Below, in pieces: positions 1-9,047 of a stretch of 43,475 nt of DNA. The stretch is from a virus. Taxonomy: Duplodnaviria; Caudoviricetes. The stretch is taken from the IMG/VR virus record IMGVR_UViG_3300016484_001188, positions 1 to 43,475 of that record. One strand, 5' to 3'. The notes beneath the pieces are model-generated. The model ran no database searches and was not told where the DNA came from. It saw nothing but the letters and a program-made list of their open reading frames with translations. Every line of letters starts with the position of its first letter. Position 1 is the first letter of the stretch. The position numbers were made by a program, and so were the translations under genes.

Positions 1-22
1 GAACCGCAGGCGCAGGGTGCCG
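1..22. repeat. Terminal direct repeat (assembly overlap of a circular genome), identical to 43454..43475
   Basis: GAACCGCAGGCGCAGGGTGCCG occurs at both ends; the tail chaperone frame continues across the join. Confidence 0.95.
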
Positions 23-93
23 GGCTTGGCTTCGCCGGGGCGGGTGATCTGGACATCGGCCGAGAACTCGGGGGTTGCGGTGAGCTTGAACAT
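1..93 (-). CDS. Tail assembly chaperone (gpG-like), 5' part; continues at 43453..43217 (109 aa total)
   Basis: ATG at 93 gives MFKLTATPEFSADVQITRPGEAKPGTLRLRF, in frame with RHKGRKAF...ESRTGN* at the other end; lies between tail tube and tape measure genes. Confidence 0.85.
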   Translation of the reverse strand, partial: MFKLTATPEFSADVQITRPGEAKPGTLRLRF

Positions 94-113
94 GAGCAGG
101 AGCGCGGCAGCGA

Positions 114-1112
114 TCACATCGCCGCGAGGATCAGGTCGTCGTTTCCGGCGTTGGGCAGCACGTTGAACGTGTAGCCCGACAGCAGCAGGCCGGCGTCGTC
201 CTGGGTCTCGTGATCGATGAACTGCGTGCGCGGCATGAAGAACTTGACCGTCTCGCCGGGGTAAGCGCCGCCGCCGAGCATTTGCGACAGCGACGTGTAG
301 GTGTTGGCCACCAGATCGGCGTAGAACGAGGCGCGCGTGGCCGCATCGAGATCGAACGAGACGTTCACCTTGATGTCGCGATCTGTGATCGGGCAGTTGT
401 CGCCGCCCCAGCCAAGGAACGGGCGCGCATTGCACTCGTTTTCCACCGTGATGGACATGCCCTTGGACTTCTGCTCGGTGCCGCCGGTGATAGCACCGGT
501 GCCCATGTTCAAGGCGGCGCCCAGCACGATGTTGTTGGCCGCGAACTCGTTCAGCACGGCGCGCGGCAGCTTCCACTGCGTGAGCGTCGGGGTCGGGGCG
601 GAGGTAGGCACCAGAGCGTTGTCGACACCCGCGCGGGCCGCACCGACGATCGTCCACGTGCACATCGGGATGCCGTTGACACCCAAGCCGATGGCCAAGC
701 GCCGAACGCGCGCGCCGCGCATGTTGCGCCGCACGCCCCCGAAGAAGTAGCTCATCGACAGGGCTTCCATCGACTCGCTGATCGGCGTGTAAAACACCGC
801 GACGCCAGACACCACAGTTTGGGCAAACCCTGCAGCACGCATGAGCGTGCCCCAGGCCGGCGCCGTGCCGGGGGTGCCTGAACTGGCGAGCTCTGTGTCG
901 AAGGTGATTTCGTCGAAGGTGAAGCCGGACAGGCTGTCAGCCCCGCCCATGACCTCGCGCAGGCGGTCACGCTCCAACCGCGCCACGTTCTGCTTGTAGG
1001 TCACGTTCGAGCCGATCATCACGGCGTCAGAGCCGGCAGACGGCGCGGTGTAGGTGCCCGGCGTGGGTTCGACCTTCGCCAGGACAACGACATTGCGTGA
1101 GGCAAAGGTCAT
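114..1112 (-). CDS. Major tail tube protein
   Basis: 332 aa, beta-rich; motifs VVLAKVE..GTY and SG.PGTAPAWG.LMRA.GF typical of siphovirus tail tubes; upstream of chaperone and tape measure. Confidence 0.85.
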   Translation of the reverse strand: MTFASRNVVVLAKVEPTPGTYTAPSAGSDAVMIGSNVTYKQNVARLERDRLREVMGGADSLSGFTFDEITFDTELASSGTPGTAPAWGTLMRAAGFAQTVVSGVAVFYTPISESMEALSMSYFFGGVRRNMRGARVRRLAIGLGVNGIPMCTWTIVGAARAGVDNALVPTSAPTPTLTQWKLPRAVLNEFAANNIVLGAALNMGTGAITGGTEQKSKGMSITVENECNARPFLGWGGDNCPITDRDIKVNVSFDLDAATRASFYADLVANTYTSLSQMLGGGAYPGETVKFFMPRTQFIDHETQDDAGLLLSGYTFNVLPNAGNDDLILAAM

Positions 1113-1119
1113 CGTGTGC

Positions 1120-1239
1120 TCACTCGGTGATGGGGGTCAGCTCGCCGGTCTCGGGGTCGCGCTCGAAGCAACCGCCCCGCTGCGGCATGGGGACCACGGG
1201 ATCGATGGGGGGCGCCTCGGCGGGCGCCTCTTCGCTCAC
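1120..1239 (-). CDS. Small hypothetical protein (39 aa), not in the ORF track
   Basis: GTG start overlaps upstream stop (GTGA); MSEEAPAEAPPIDPVVPMPQRGGCFERDPETGELTPITE fills the gap to the tail tube gene. Confidence 0.6.
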   Translation of the reverse strand: MSEEAPAEAPPIDPVVPMPQRGGCFERDPETGELTPITE

Positions 1240-1784
1240 TTGGCACCTCGGCGGGTGGTCTTGGCTGCGGAGTAGGCGGGCCCAGCCTGGGACTGCTCCG
1301 CAGGGGCGGCTGGCGCTTCACCGGCTTCAGCGGAATCCTCGGCTGCCTGCTCGGCTGCCTGCTCCGGCGCGGCGGCCAGGGCTTCGACCATGGGCGCCTC
1401 AGCGGGCGGGGCCGGCGGCAGCGACTCGCCGGAGCCATCGCCGTCCACTTGGTCGCCGACCAGCCCAGCCTGGGACTGCTCGTCGCGATCGGCGGCCAGC
1501 TCGGCCACAGCCTCACGAGCCGAGGCCAGCAGCGCCTCGCCCGGCTCGTCGCGAATCACCGTGCAGTCGACCGCCGACAGCGCGTAGGCTTCGTGCAGCG
1601 GGTCGTAGGCCCCGCCTGGCGGGACCATGACCATGTCCGCCCGCTCGGGGGCGTCCTTGAACACCAGCCAGGTGTCGGCGTCACGCACCAGCACCCGGTG
1701 GCCGGCCGTGCGCATCGTCGCAGCGAGTTCCTCGGCCTGGACCAGGGACGAGGTAACGGCGAAGAGGATCAGGAGCTTGCTCAT
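1236..1784 (-). CDS. Hypothetical protein after capsid, with low-complexity acidic/Ala/Pro C-terminus
   Basis: 182 aa ORF in operon orientation directly downstream of the major capsid gene. Confidence 0.7.
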   Translation of the reverse strand: MSKLLILFAVTSSLVQAEELAATMRTAGHRVLVRDADTWLVFKDAPERADMVMVPPGGAYDPLHEAYALSAVDCTVIRDEPGEALLASAREAVAELAADRDEQSQAGLVGDQVDGDGSGESLPPAPPAEAPMVEALAAAPEQAAEQAAEDSAEAGEAPAAPAEQSQAGPAYSAAKTTRRGAK

Positions 1785-1801
1785 TGCGCGTCAGCTCCCG
1801 A

Positions 1802-2800
1802 TCAGCCCGAGATGCAGACGGCGCCCAGCAGATCCTTGTAGCTGGTGGCGGTCTGATCCCAGTTGGTGGCGGTGCCGACTGCGGCATTGCTTGGGTTCAC
1901 GCCACCGTTGGCCATGTCCCACTTGTAGCCCTTGAGCGAAAGGTTGTAGGCGAACTCGCCCTGCATCCGGTGCACCAGGTTCTCGAGGCCGGTCACCAGC
2001 GTGAAGGCCATCTCCTGGTCTTCGCTGTTCTCGATCTCGATGGCGTCGTCGGTCAGCGCCAGCGTGCGGTACAGGTCCGGCGACCCCGTGACCACGAGCG
2101 AGGGGCTGTCGGTGACGTAGACCGGGCGGTTCAGCGTGAGCGGCGTGGCCGCCGCGACGATGCCGGCCGCGAGTTCGCCACCCGACGAGGACGCGCTGGC
2201 CTGGTACTGGAACAGGTCGAAGAAGACCTTGGAGTGCATCACCCAGGCCTTGATTCGGCTGGATGCATCGCCCATCTTCGACAGCGTCGTAATGAGCGCT
2301 GGCGTGTTCATCGTGCCGTTGGCCGCGATGGTGTGCACGTTGGTCGATGCTTGCGCGATCGCCACCCGGGCAGCCAGCAGCGCGGTGTCGAGCATCTCGA
2401 TCGCCACGTCCTTGGCGAACATCTTGCCGAGGTAGCGCGAGAAGGCCTCGGCGCCGTTGTCGCCTTGGCTGGCGTCAGCGAAGGGCAGCGCCGCCTTGCG
2501 CCAGGCGTCCAGCGTCTGCTCGATGGGGCCGATCTTGCGGTTGAGCTTGACGCTCACGTTCTCGTCCATCGGCACAGCGATGCCGGTGACAGCCGCGGTG
2601 CTCGTGGTGTCGCGGCGCGTCACGGCGCCGCTGATCTTCTTGATGAAGCTGCGAACGTCGTAGTCGCCGCGGATCGACCGCGAGGACACGCGAATGCCGA
2701 CGCTGCCCAGCGCATTGGTTTGCTGGACAGCCTCTTCGACCAGCCCGGAGTAGAACTGGTCGTTGTAGATCTTGAAGTCGGATGCCTTGCCGGTAGCCAT
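1802..2800 (-). CDS. Major capsid protein
   Basis: 332 aa; motifs GDYD, GPIEQT, WVMHSKVFFDL, LNRPVYVTDSP, LKGYKWD..NGGVNP resemble HK97-fold capsids; follows scaffold. Confidence 0.9.
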   Translation of the reverse strand: MATGKASDFKIYNDQFYSGLVEEAVQQTNALGSVGIRVSSRSIRGDYDVRSFIKKISGAVTRRDTTSTAAVTGIAVPMDENVSVKLNRKIGPIEQTLDAWRKAALPFADASQGDNGAEAFSRYLGKMFAKDVAIEMLDTALLAARVAIAQASTNVHTIAANGTMNTPALITTLSKMGDASSRIKAWVMHSKVFFDLFQYQASASSSGGELAAGIVAAATPLTLNRPVYVTDSPSLVVTGSPDLYRTLALTDDAIEIENSEDQEMAFTLVTGLENLVHRMQGEFAYNLSLKGYKWDMANGGVNPSNAAVGTATNWDQTATSYKDLLGAVCISG

Positions 2801-2841
2801 GGTGGTGGTGTTCCTAGAGAGGGGTCAGGGGTTGATGCCAG

Positions 2842-3537
2842 TCAGTGGGTCGCCGAGCCGTCACCCTGGCGGAACCACTTGGTCTCGGCCTTGGTGAACT
2901 CGATGTCGTTCGGGTAGTCCTTGCGCTCGGGCTTGATGGCCGGCGCACCGCTGCCTTGGCCGGCGGGCTTCACGCCCGAGCCGCCATTGCCGCCGGCGGG
3001 CTTGACCAGGTGTGGCTTGCTCTTTGCCAACCAGGCCACGCCGTCGTCCAGCTTCACCAACTTGCCGTCGGCGCCGGTGAACATCAGTTCGCCGTCGTCG
3101 TTGGCCTTCACCCGCGAGCCGATGAGGGTCGCGGCGTCCTCCGCGTCGATGAAGTTGTGCTTCGCGGCCGCCTTGGCGATGGCCGTCGAGCGACGCTCGG
3201 TGGCCAGCTCGCCCTTGAGGGTCTCGTGAGCCGTCTTCTCTTCGGTGAGGGCCGCCTCGGCCTTCTTCAGCTTGGCCTCGATCTGCTTGACCGCGTCGGC
3301 CTGGCCTTTGGCGTCGGGCAGCGCTTCGAGCTCCTCCATCGTGGTCACGCCCAGCTTCTCGAACGCGGTGTCGCGCTCGGCCTTGAGCTGCTTGCGGCCG
3401 TCAATGGATTCCTTCTGCGCCTTGGTCGCCTTGCCCTCGGCCGTCTCGGCGCGGGCTTCCAGTCCTTCAACGTGGGCCTTCAGTTCGCCGAGCAGTGCGT
3501 CGTCGATCGTCTTGCCCTTGAGCTTCTCGAGATCCAT
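2842..3537 (-). CDS. Capsid scaffolding protein
   Basis: 231 aa charged coiled-coil, then KPHLVK and a Gly-rich GGNGGSG tail; directly upstream of the capsid gene. Confidence 0.85.
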   Translation of the reverse strand: MDLEKLKGKTIDDALLGELKAHVEGLEARAETAEGKATKAQKESIDGRKQLKAERDTAFEKLGVTTMEELEALPDAKGQADAVKQIEAKLKKAEAALTEEKTAHETLKGELATERRSTAIAKAAAKHNFIDAEDAATLIGSRVKANDDGELMFTGADGKLVKLDDGVAWLAKSKPHLVKPAGGNGGSGVKPAGQGSGAPAIKPERKDYPNDIEFTKAETKWFRQGDGSATH

Positions 3538-3690
3538 GGTTCGCTTCAGTCCTACCGTGGTCCGGGTGCCGTCGCAGCTCCCGGGGTTGCAGGGGCGGCA
3601 TCACGCCTCTCCCATGGGCGGGCAATGTGCGAGGCAGCCGTGCGACGGATTGCCACAGCGCAGCACAGTTGCCCTTGACCATGCGCGCCC
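3538..3690. promoter_or_regulatory. Divergent late-promoter region between scaffold (-) and portal (+)
   Basis: Non-coding gap between head-to-head structural operons; imperfect inverted repeat GGGCAATGTGC (3620-3630)/GCACAGTTGCCC (3663-3674) around a dyad CCGT-GCG-ACGG (3638-3648). Confidence 0.55.
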
Positions 3691-5109
3691 ATGGACTGGA
3701 ACCGGACCAAGGCGCGCTTCGAATTCCTCGCGCAGGCCTTCAATGGCGAAGGCGGCTTCGCGCCGAACATCAAGTGGCAAGCGGGCGACGACGGCAAGTC
3801 GACGCCGACCGTCTCCGGCCCGTGCTTCTTGGTGCCCTACGTGCGCGAGTCGGGGGTGAAATACGCAGCGCGCGCGGCGTGCGCCGTCTACGAGAACCAC
3901 CTCCGTGAGGCGTGCGAGCGCTTCGTCGGCTACCTCGGCCGCAAGAAGCCCCAGCGCGAGGGCATCGAGGCGCCGCTGGTCGAGCTGCTGCTGAACGACT
4001 GCGACCTGCGCGGGACCAAGCTCGACGCTTTCCTCGGCGCGCTGTCGCTGGATTGCAAGGCGCGCGGCTCGATGCTGCTGCTGCTGGACATGCCGCCCGA
4101 GGATCAGGCGCCGCCGGTGTCGCTGGCCGACCAGGTGGCGCGCCGCAAGGTGCCCTTCCTCACCGCGATCGAGCCCGAGCGCGTGGCCGAGTGGGAGACG
4201 GACGCCCACGGGCTGTTCACACACGTGGGCATCACAGACTGCGAAGAGGTGGACGGCAAGCCCCAGGAGGTGGTGCACCACTGGGACGCCACCGACTGGT
4301 GGGTGATGCACAAGGACCAGGAGCTGCGCCGAGGCCAGCATCCGTTCGGCCAGTGCCCGATGCTGGTGCTCACCGAGTCCGGGAAGCCTTTCCCGGTCAT
4401 CGGCAAGTACGCCCAAGTGGCCGACCTGTCCAAGCGCCTGTTCAATGCGCGCAGCGAGCGCGACGAGATCCTGCGCGGCCAGACCTTCAGCCTGCTGTGC
4501 CTGCAGATTCCCCAGGAGCATGCCGAGAACTGGGACGCCGCGAAGGCCACGGCCACCATCGGCACGAATTCGATGCTCGTGCACACCGGCGAGATGCCCG
4601 GCTTCATCGCGCCGCCGGACGGCCCGGCCACCATCTACGCGAACACTATCGCCGAGCTTGAGGGCTCCATCCGGCGCATTGGCCAGGACTTCAGCAGCCA
4701 GGAGAGCGCGCAGCAAGAGAGCGGCGTCGCCCGCAAGCTGCGCTTCGAGCAGCTCAATGCGGACCTGGCCACCTACGCGCAGGGCCTGCAGGGCCTGGAG
4801 ACGCGCGTGTGGGCGCTGTTCCACAAGGCGCTGGGCACGAGCAATGGCACAAAGGCCGTCTACCCCACCGACTTCAACCTGACCGACACCCAGGCCGAGC
4901 TCGACATCCTGACCGGGATGCAGCTGGGCGGCATGCCCGAGGCGGTGCTGGCGGCCAAGAAACGCGCCATCGTCGCGGCCGAGTTCGACAACGCCGACGA
5001 AGACGAGAAAAAGGAGATGGCCGACGCCATCGACCAGCAGGTGCAGGCGGGCCAGTTGGGCGGCACGGCCGGCGCACGGCTTGGCGCCGCGGGAGGGATG
5101 GCGGCATGA
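3691..5109 (+). CDS. Portal protein
   Basis: 472 aa; RES..KY..R...A.YEN, HPFGQCP, SGVARKLRF..LN..L and YP.DFNL motifs of SPP1-like portals. Confidence 0.85.
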   Translation: MDWNRTKARFEFLAQAFNGEGGFAPNIKWQAGDDGKSTPTVSGPCFLVPYVRESGVKYAARAACAVYENHLREACERFVGYLGRKKPQREGIEAPLVELLLNDCDLRGTKLDAFLGALSLDCKARGSMLLLLDMPPEDQAPPVSLADQVARRKVPFLTAIEPERVAEWETDAHGLFTHVGITDCEEVDGKPQEVVHHWDATDWWVMHKDQELRRGQHPFGQCPMLVLTESGKPFPVIGKYAQVADLSKRLFNARSERDEILRGQTFSLLCLQIPQEHAENWDAAKATATIGTNSMLVHTGEMPGFIAPPDGPATIYANTIAELEGSIRRIGQDFSSQESAQQESGVARKLRFEQLNADLATYAQGLQGLETRVWALFHKALGTSNGTKAVYPTDFNLTDTQAELDILTGMQLGGMPEAVLAAKKRAIVAAEFDNADEDEKKEMADAIDQQVQAGQLGGTAGARLGAAGGMAA

Positions 5110-5552
5110 ACCTGAACATCGACGTGCGCGGCGACGACCGGGTGCGCGCCATGTTCGCGCGCATCAACGACCAGCTGGCCCAGCGCGCGATCGCGGCGAC
5201 CGCGGTGAGCGCCGAGGACGAGATCGAGCTGGCCGTCGGCAAGCACACCAAGACCGGCGCCCTCTTCCAGTCGATCTACAAGACCCGCATCCGGCCGCTG
5301 GCCTGGGAGCTTGGCCACAACCGGCAGCAGGCGCCGCATGCCCTGTTCGTGCACTGGGGTACCAAGCCGCACCGCATCGCGCCGAAGAACAAGAAGGCCA
5401 TGCGCTGGGCCGGCCCGAACGGGTTCCGGTTCGCGCGAGGGGTGAATCACCCCGGCTATCGGGGCGACCCATGGCTGACACGTGCCGCGCGCGAGGCGCC
5501 GCGCCACTTTGAGCAACACGTCGCGCAGACCCTGCGCTCCCTCTCCACCTGA
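5106..5552 (+). CDS. HK97 gp10-like neck/tail-completion protein
   Basis: ATG overlaps portal stop (ATGA); KTGALFQSI, APHALFVHWGT.PH.I.PK, VNHPG..G.PWL motifs. Confidence 0.8.
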   Translation: MNLNIDVRGDDRVRAMFARINDQLAQRAIAATAVSAEDEIELAVGKHTKTGALFQSIYKTRIRPLAWELGHNRQQAPHALFVHWGTKPHRIAPKNKKAMRWAGPNGFRFARGVNHPGYRGDPWLTRAAREAPRHFEQHVAQTLRSLST

Positions 5553-5562
5553 AGGCGAACCC

Positions 5563-6393
5563 ATGGCCACTATCAACGCCCCCACCCTATCCGCCCAGCC
5601 GCTGGCTGCCGGCCTCGTGGCCACGATCTCCGCGCCTGCGCGCGGCCAGGCGCTCGTGCAGGTCACTGCCGGTGGCGCGATCGTCGCCCAGGCCGTCATC
5701 GGCACGGGCCAGACCCAGCGGTTTGGCCCGTACACCACCGCGACCACTGTCAATGTGCGCGCCGACGATGGCTCGATCGAGTTCGACGCCCTGCCCCCAG
5801 ACACGCTGGACTGGGCGGGTCTGCTGGCGAAGGTCGGCAGCTACGACGGCCAATTGCAGCGCGTGAAGTTTCCGGGCGGTCTGAGCTTCTGGATGGAGTG
5901 GGAGGCCGCGACCGCCGCGTGGTGGCCGATGGGCGGCGAACAGCTCTACTACGTCGGCGCGCCGGTCTCCGACACGAACAGCGCCGGCCTGCAGACAGTG
6001 GCGTTCCCGACGGTCGCGCACCCCGCCAACTTCTGGCGTACGGGTCTGGGCATGATCGCTGAGATCTTCGCCGAGACCAGCATCGCCACCACTGCGCGCA
6101 CTTTCTCTCTGGCCGTAGGCGGCGAAGACATGCTCAACCTACCGACGGCCGCGAACCGTGCTGCGGGCGTGCGCGGCGGCTTCCTGGCCGACGGCCCCAC
6201 CAGCGGCTGGTCGTTCATTCGCGCTGGGTCCGCTGACTACGACATGCCGGGCTCAGCCAACCAGGGCAAGACCCCGCTCACCCGCACGTGGGCCAATGCC
6301 TTGAGCCTCACCGGCTCGGCCAGCTTCACCACGGCGGCGAGCGCGGCCACGGCCACGATGCGCCGATTCCGACTCTCGCTCATCCGGGGCTGA
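5563..6393 (+). CDS. Hypothetical beta-rich protein, probably virion-associated
   Basis: Start at MATINAP after GAAGG; 276 aa, Ala/Thr/Gly-rich; inside the neck operon. Confidence 0.7.
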   Translation: MATINAPTLSAQPLAAGLVATISAPARGQALVQVTAGGAIVAQAVIGTGQTQRFGPYTTATTVNVRADDGSIEFDALPPDTLDWAGLLAKVGSYDGQLQRVKFPGGLSFWMEWEAATAAWWPMGGEQLYYVGAPVSDTNSAGLQTVAFPTVAHPANFWRTGLGMIAEIFAETSIATTARTFSLAVGGEDMLNLPTAANRAAGVRGGFLADGPTSGWSFIRAGSADYDMPGSANQGKTPLTRTWANALSLTGSASFTTAASAATATMRRFRLSLIRG

Positions 6394-6394
6394 C

Positions 6395-8722
6395 ATGAAG
6401 GTCTGGCGAACGCGTCGCGCGCGCTGGGTACGCTGGCTCATGGGCGGGAATCCTCCCCCGCCGCCCCCACCTCCGCCGCCTCCTCCTCCACCGCCGCCGC
6501 CGCCCCCGCCTCCGCCCGACAACACCTGGGCCGGTCAGCGGCTGCTGGGCGCGAACGCGGCGCCGCTGCGCGACTACGACAAAACCAAGGTGTACGTGAA
6601 CCTGCTGCACCAGGCGCGGGCTTTCTGCCCGTTGACCGATGGCGGCGGTTACGGCTACAGCAACGTCGAGTTGAAGCCGGGCAACAAGTACCCCGTGGCC
6701 GGCTCCGACTTCGGCATGGTGTTCCTGTCCGACGTCACGACGGATGACCATGGCGTCTACCAGTGCAGCGCCACCGGCAACCTCACCGGCAGCAAGGTGC
6801 AGTCGCTGGGCAGCAACCACGGCACGCTGAGCGCGCGCACCTACACCGCTGGCACGAACAAAACGACCTGGACGGTCACGCTCGGCAGTGGTGACACGTT
6901 GCTGGCGCTGGAGTTCAACGACGTGCCGGCCGACTTCGGCGACCTTGAGGTGAACTGCCCTGGCCACGCTCCCGGCACAGCCCAGGTCTACAGAACCGAG
7001 GTGCTGGAGCACTACGAGCCGTTCTCCACCATCCGCTTCATGGACTGGCTGGACACCAATGGGCCAGAGGTGGGCGGCGGGAACCCTGATGTGAACTGGT
7101 CTGGCTCGATTGCTGCGAACACCGGCCCGATCGGCTACCGGCACAGCCTGGCCGGTTGCATGGCGTTCGCGCAGGCCTGCAACGCGCATCCCTGGACGAA
7201 CATCCCGGTGAGCGCCAGCGACGCCTACTTCGACGCCTACGTGGCGGCCGGTCTTGCTGCGCTGCAGGCGGGCAAGATCTGGACGATCGAGTTTTGCAAC
7301 GAGCCGTGGAACCCCAGCTTCCCGGGCTACAACACGGGCGAAGCTGCGGCCCACGCAGCCGCCGGCGCGCGCGTGGGAGGCTCGGCCATCGTCAGCTGCA
7401 GCAAGTCGGGCGGCACGGCCACACTGGTGCTCGCGGACGCGCACGGCAAGAGCGCGGGGCAGCAGGTCAAGGTCTCCGGCATCGGCGGCATCTCCGGCGG
7501 CACTGTGGCGCTCACCGCCGCCAGCGGCTCGACGCTGAGCTGGTCGGAGAGCGGCTCGGCCACCGGCACGATCAACGGCAACAGCTACGTGTTCCTCGAC
7601 CCCTCACACCACCTGGTGGCGCCCATTGGCGACGGCTGGTGGGAGGACGGCATCACCGTCGTGAAGGTGAAGATGCGCTACGAGGTCACCCGGGCCCGCC
7701 GCATCTGGCAGGCGATCGAGGCCGCAGGCGCCACGGACCGCGTGCGCGTCGTCATCGGCGGCTGGCTCGCCCAGAAGCTGAGCATCTACGACGTGCTGGC
7801 CTGGGCCTATGCCTACTACGGCGACCTGTCGTGGCTGCACTCCTACTGCCCCGCTGCCTATGTGGAGGCCGACGACCCCGGCACGGACCCGAACGAGGCG
7901 CTCGACATCGCCAGCGTGGACGACGTTTTCGATCTGTTCGCGCTCTACCGTCCCCTGGTCGCGCAGAACGTGCTCGAGCACAGCAACGCGCTGCGCTCGT
8001 GGAACTTGGTGCCGATCGCATACGAGGGCATTCCTCACACCCACGTCAAGACCTCTGACACGGCGCCGTTCATTGCCGCTGCGCACATGGACGCGCGCAT
8101 GCGAGACATGATCAAGGGCGTGCTGCAGGACTGGCGCAACCGCGGCGGCGGCGTCTTCTGCTACTACTACGCCGGCGCCGGGCGCACCTTCGGCGGCACC
8201 GGCAACAACACCTGGCCGCTCGCGCTGGGTGACGTGGCGGACGGGGCGAGCCAGCCGAAGTTCCAGGCCATGCTGCAGACGGCTGCCGCCAGCGCCATCC
8301 CCCAGGCGGTCGACGGCGTCAACAGCGGCCTGATCCGCCTGGTCGACGTGCTGCCCGATGGGTTCCTGGCCTGGCCGAACAACAGCCAGTACATCATCAA
8401 CCCGAGCACGCGGATCCCGAACCCGGCCGTGCACGTGGCCGCGCCCACCGCCGGAACCTACACGCTCACGGTCTACGTCGGCGTGACGTCCGGCGCGTGC
8501 TCGATCGGCGTGCTCGTCGATGGCGTCTCGGTCGGGTCGGCGAATGCGCCGGTCGTGGCCGTCAACAGCCTGCCGCCTGGCGCGAACCTCAGCGCCTACA
8601 CCGCGCTGACGGTCGACGTGGACGACGTGGCCGCCGGGTCTCACACCGTGCAGATCGTGCTGCCCGACCCCTCGCGCAGCGGACAGGTCGGGCTCTACGG
8701 CATCAACTGGGAACCAGCATGA
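6395..8722 (+). CDS. Putative clan GH-A glycoside hydrolase with N-terminal poly-Pro linker and C-terminal CBM-like beta-sandwich
   Basis: IRFMDW..TN, W.NIP..ASDAY, IEFCNEPWN (acid/base-type NE) and AYEG (nucleophile-type E); C-terminal AGTYTLTVY...VLVDG...AGSHTVQI. Confidence 0.7.
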   Translation: MKVWRTRRARWVRWLMGGNPPPPPPPPPPPPPPPPPPPPPPDNTWAGQRLLGANAAPLRDYDKTKVYVNLLHQARAFCPLTDGGGYGYSNVELKPGNKYPVAGSDFGMVFLSDVTTDDHGVYQCSATGNLTGSKVQSLGSNHGTLSARTYTAGTNKTTWTVTLGSGDTLLALEFNDVPADFGDLEVNCPGHAPGTAQVYRTEVLEHYEPFSTIRFMDWLDTNGPEVGGGNPDVNWSGSIAANTGPIGYRHSLAGCMAFAQACNAHPWTNIPVSASDAYFDAYVAAGLAALQAGKIWTIEFCNEPWNPSFPGYNTGEAAAHAAAGARVGGSAIVSCSKSGGTATLVLADAHGKSAGQQVKVSGIGGISGGTVALTAASGSTLSWSESGSATGTINGNSYVFLDPSHHLVAPIGDGWWEDGITVVKVKMRYEVTRARRIWQAIEAAGATDRVRVVIGGWLAQKLSIYDVLAWAYAYYGDLSWLHSYCPAAYVEADDPGTDPNEALDIASVDDVFDLFALYRPLVAQNVLEHSNALRSWNLVPIAYEGIPHTHVKTSDTAPFIAAAHMDARMRDMIKGVLQDWRNRGGGVFCYYYAGAGRTFGGTGNNTWPLALGDVADGASQPKFQAMLQTAAASAIPQAVDGVNSGLIRLVDVLPDGFLAWPNNSQYIINPSTRIPNPAVHVAAPTAGTYTLTVYVGVTSGACSIGVLVDGVSVGSANAPVVAVNSLPPGANLSAYTALTVDVDDVAAGSHTVQIVLPDPSRSGQVGLYGINWEPA
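6452..6517 (+). repeat. Poly-proline tract (22 consecutive Pro codons)
   Basis: CCN codons of mixed synonymous type from 6452 to 6517. Confidence 0.9.
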
Positions 8723-9045
8723 CCACCCTCACCTACTCCGACGCCTACCTGAAGGCCCACGTCACCGAGGCGCGCGAACTGCGCGCGACCGTTGAGATGG
8801 CCGAGTTCGGCCCTCTGCCTGCCAACTGGGTGCAGCGCCTGACCGTCGTGAGGGCCTACATGGTCACGTGCCTGGAGTGCATGACCACCAGCGATGACAC
8901 TTTCGCCGCGAAGCTGGCCGCCTACCGCAAAGAGTTCGACCTGACCCTCGGCCAGGCCCGGGCAGCCCAGGCGCTGCTCGACGCCGCGGCAGGCAAGCTC
9001 ACCGGCGGTGGCAGCATGTTCACCGTGCCGCTGGAACGAGGCTGA
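8719..9045 (+). CDS. Putative head-tail connector/adaptor
   Basis: 108 aa helical protein MTTLTYSDAYL...; ATGA overlap; size and position fit an adaptor. Confidence 0.6.
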   Translation: MTTLTYSDAYLKAHVTEARELRATVEMAEFGPLPANWVQRLTVVRAYMVTCLECMTTSDDTFAAKLAAYRKEFDLTLGQARAAQALLDAAAGKLTGGGSMFTVPLERG

Positions 9046-9047
9046 GC

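Noticed and set aside
6253-6525. Minus-strand poly-glycine ORF
   Set aside because: Antisense shadow of the poly-proline tract
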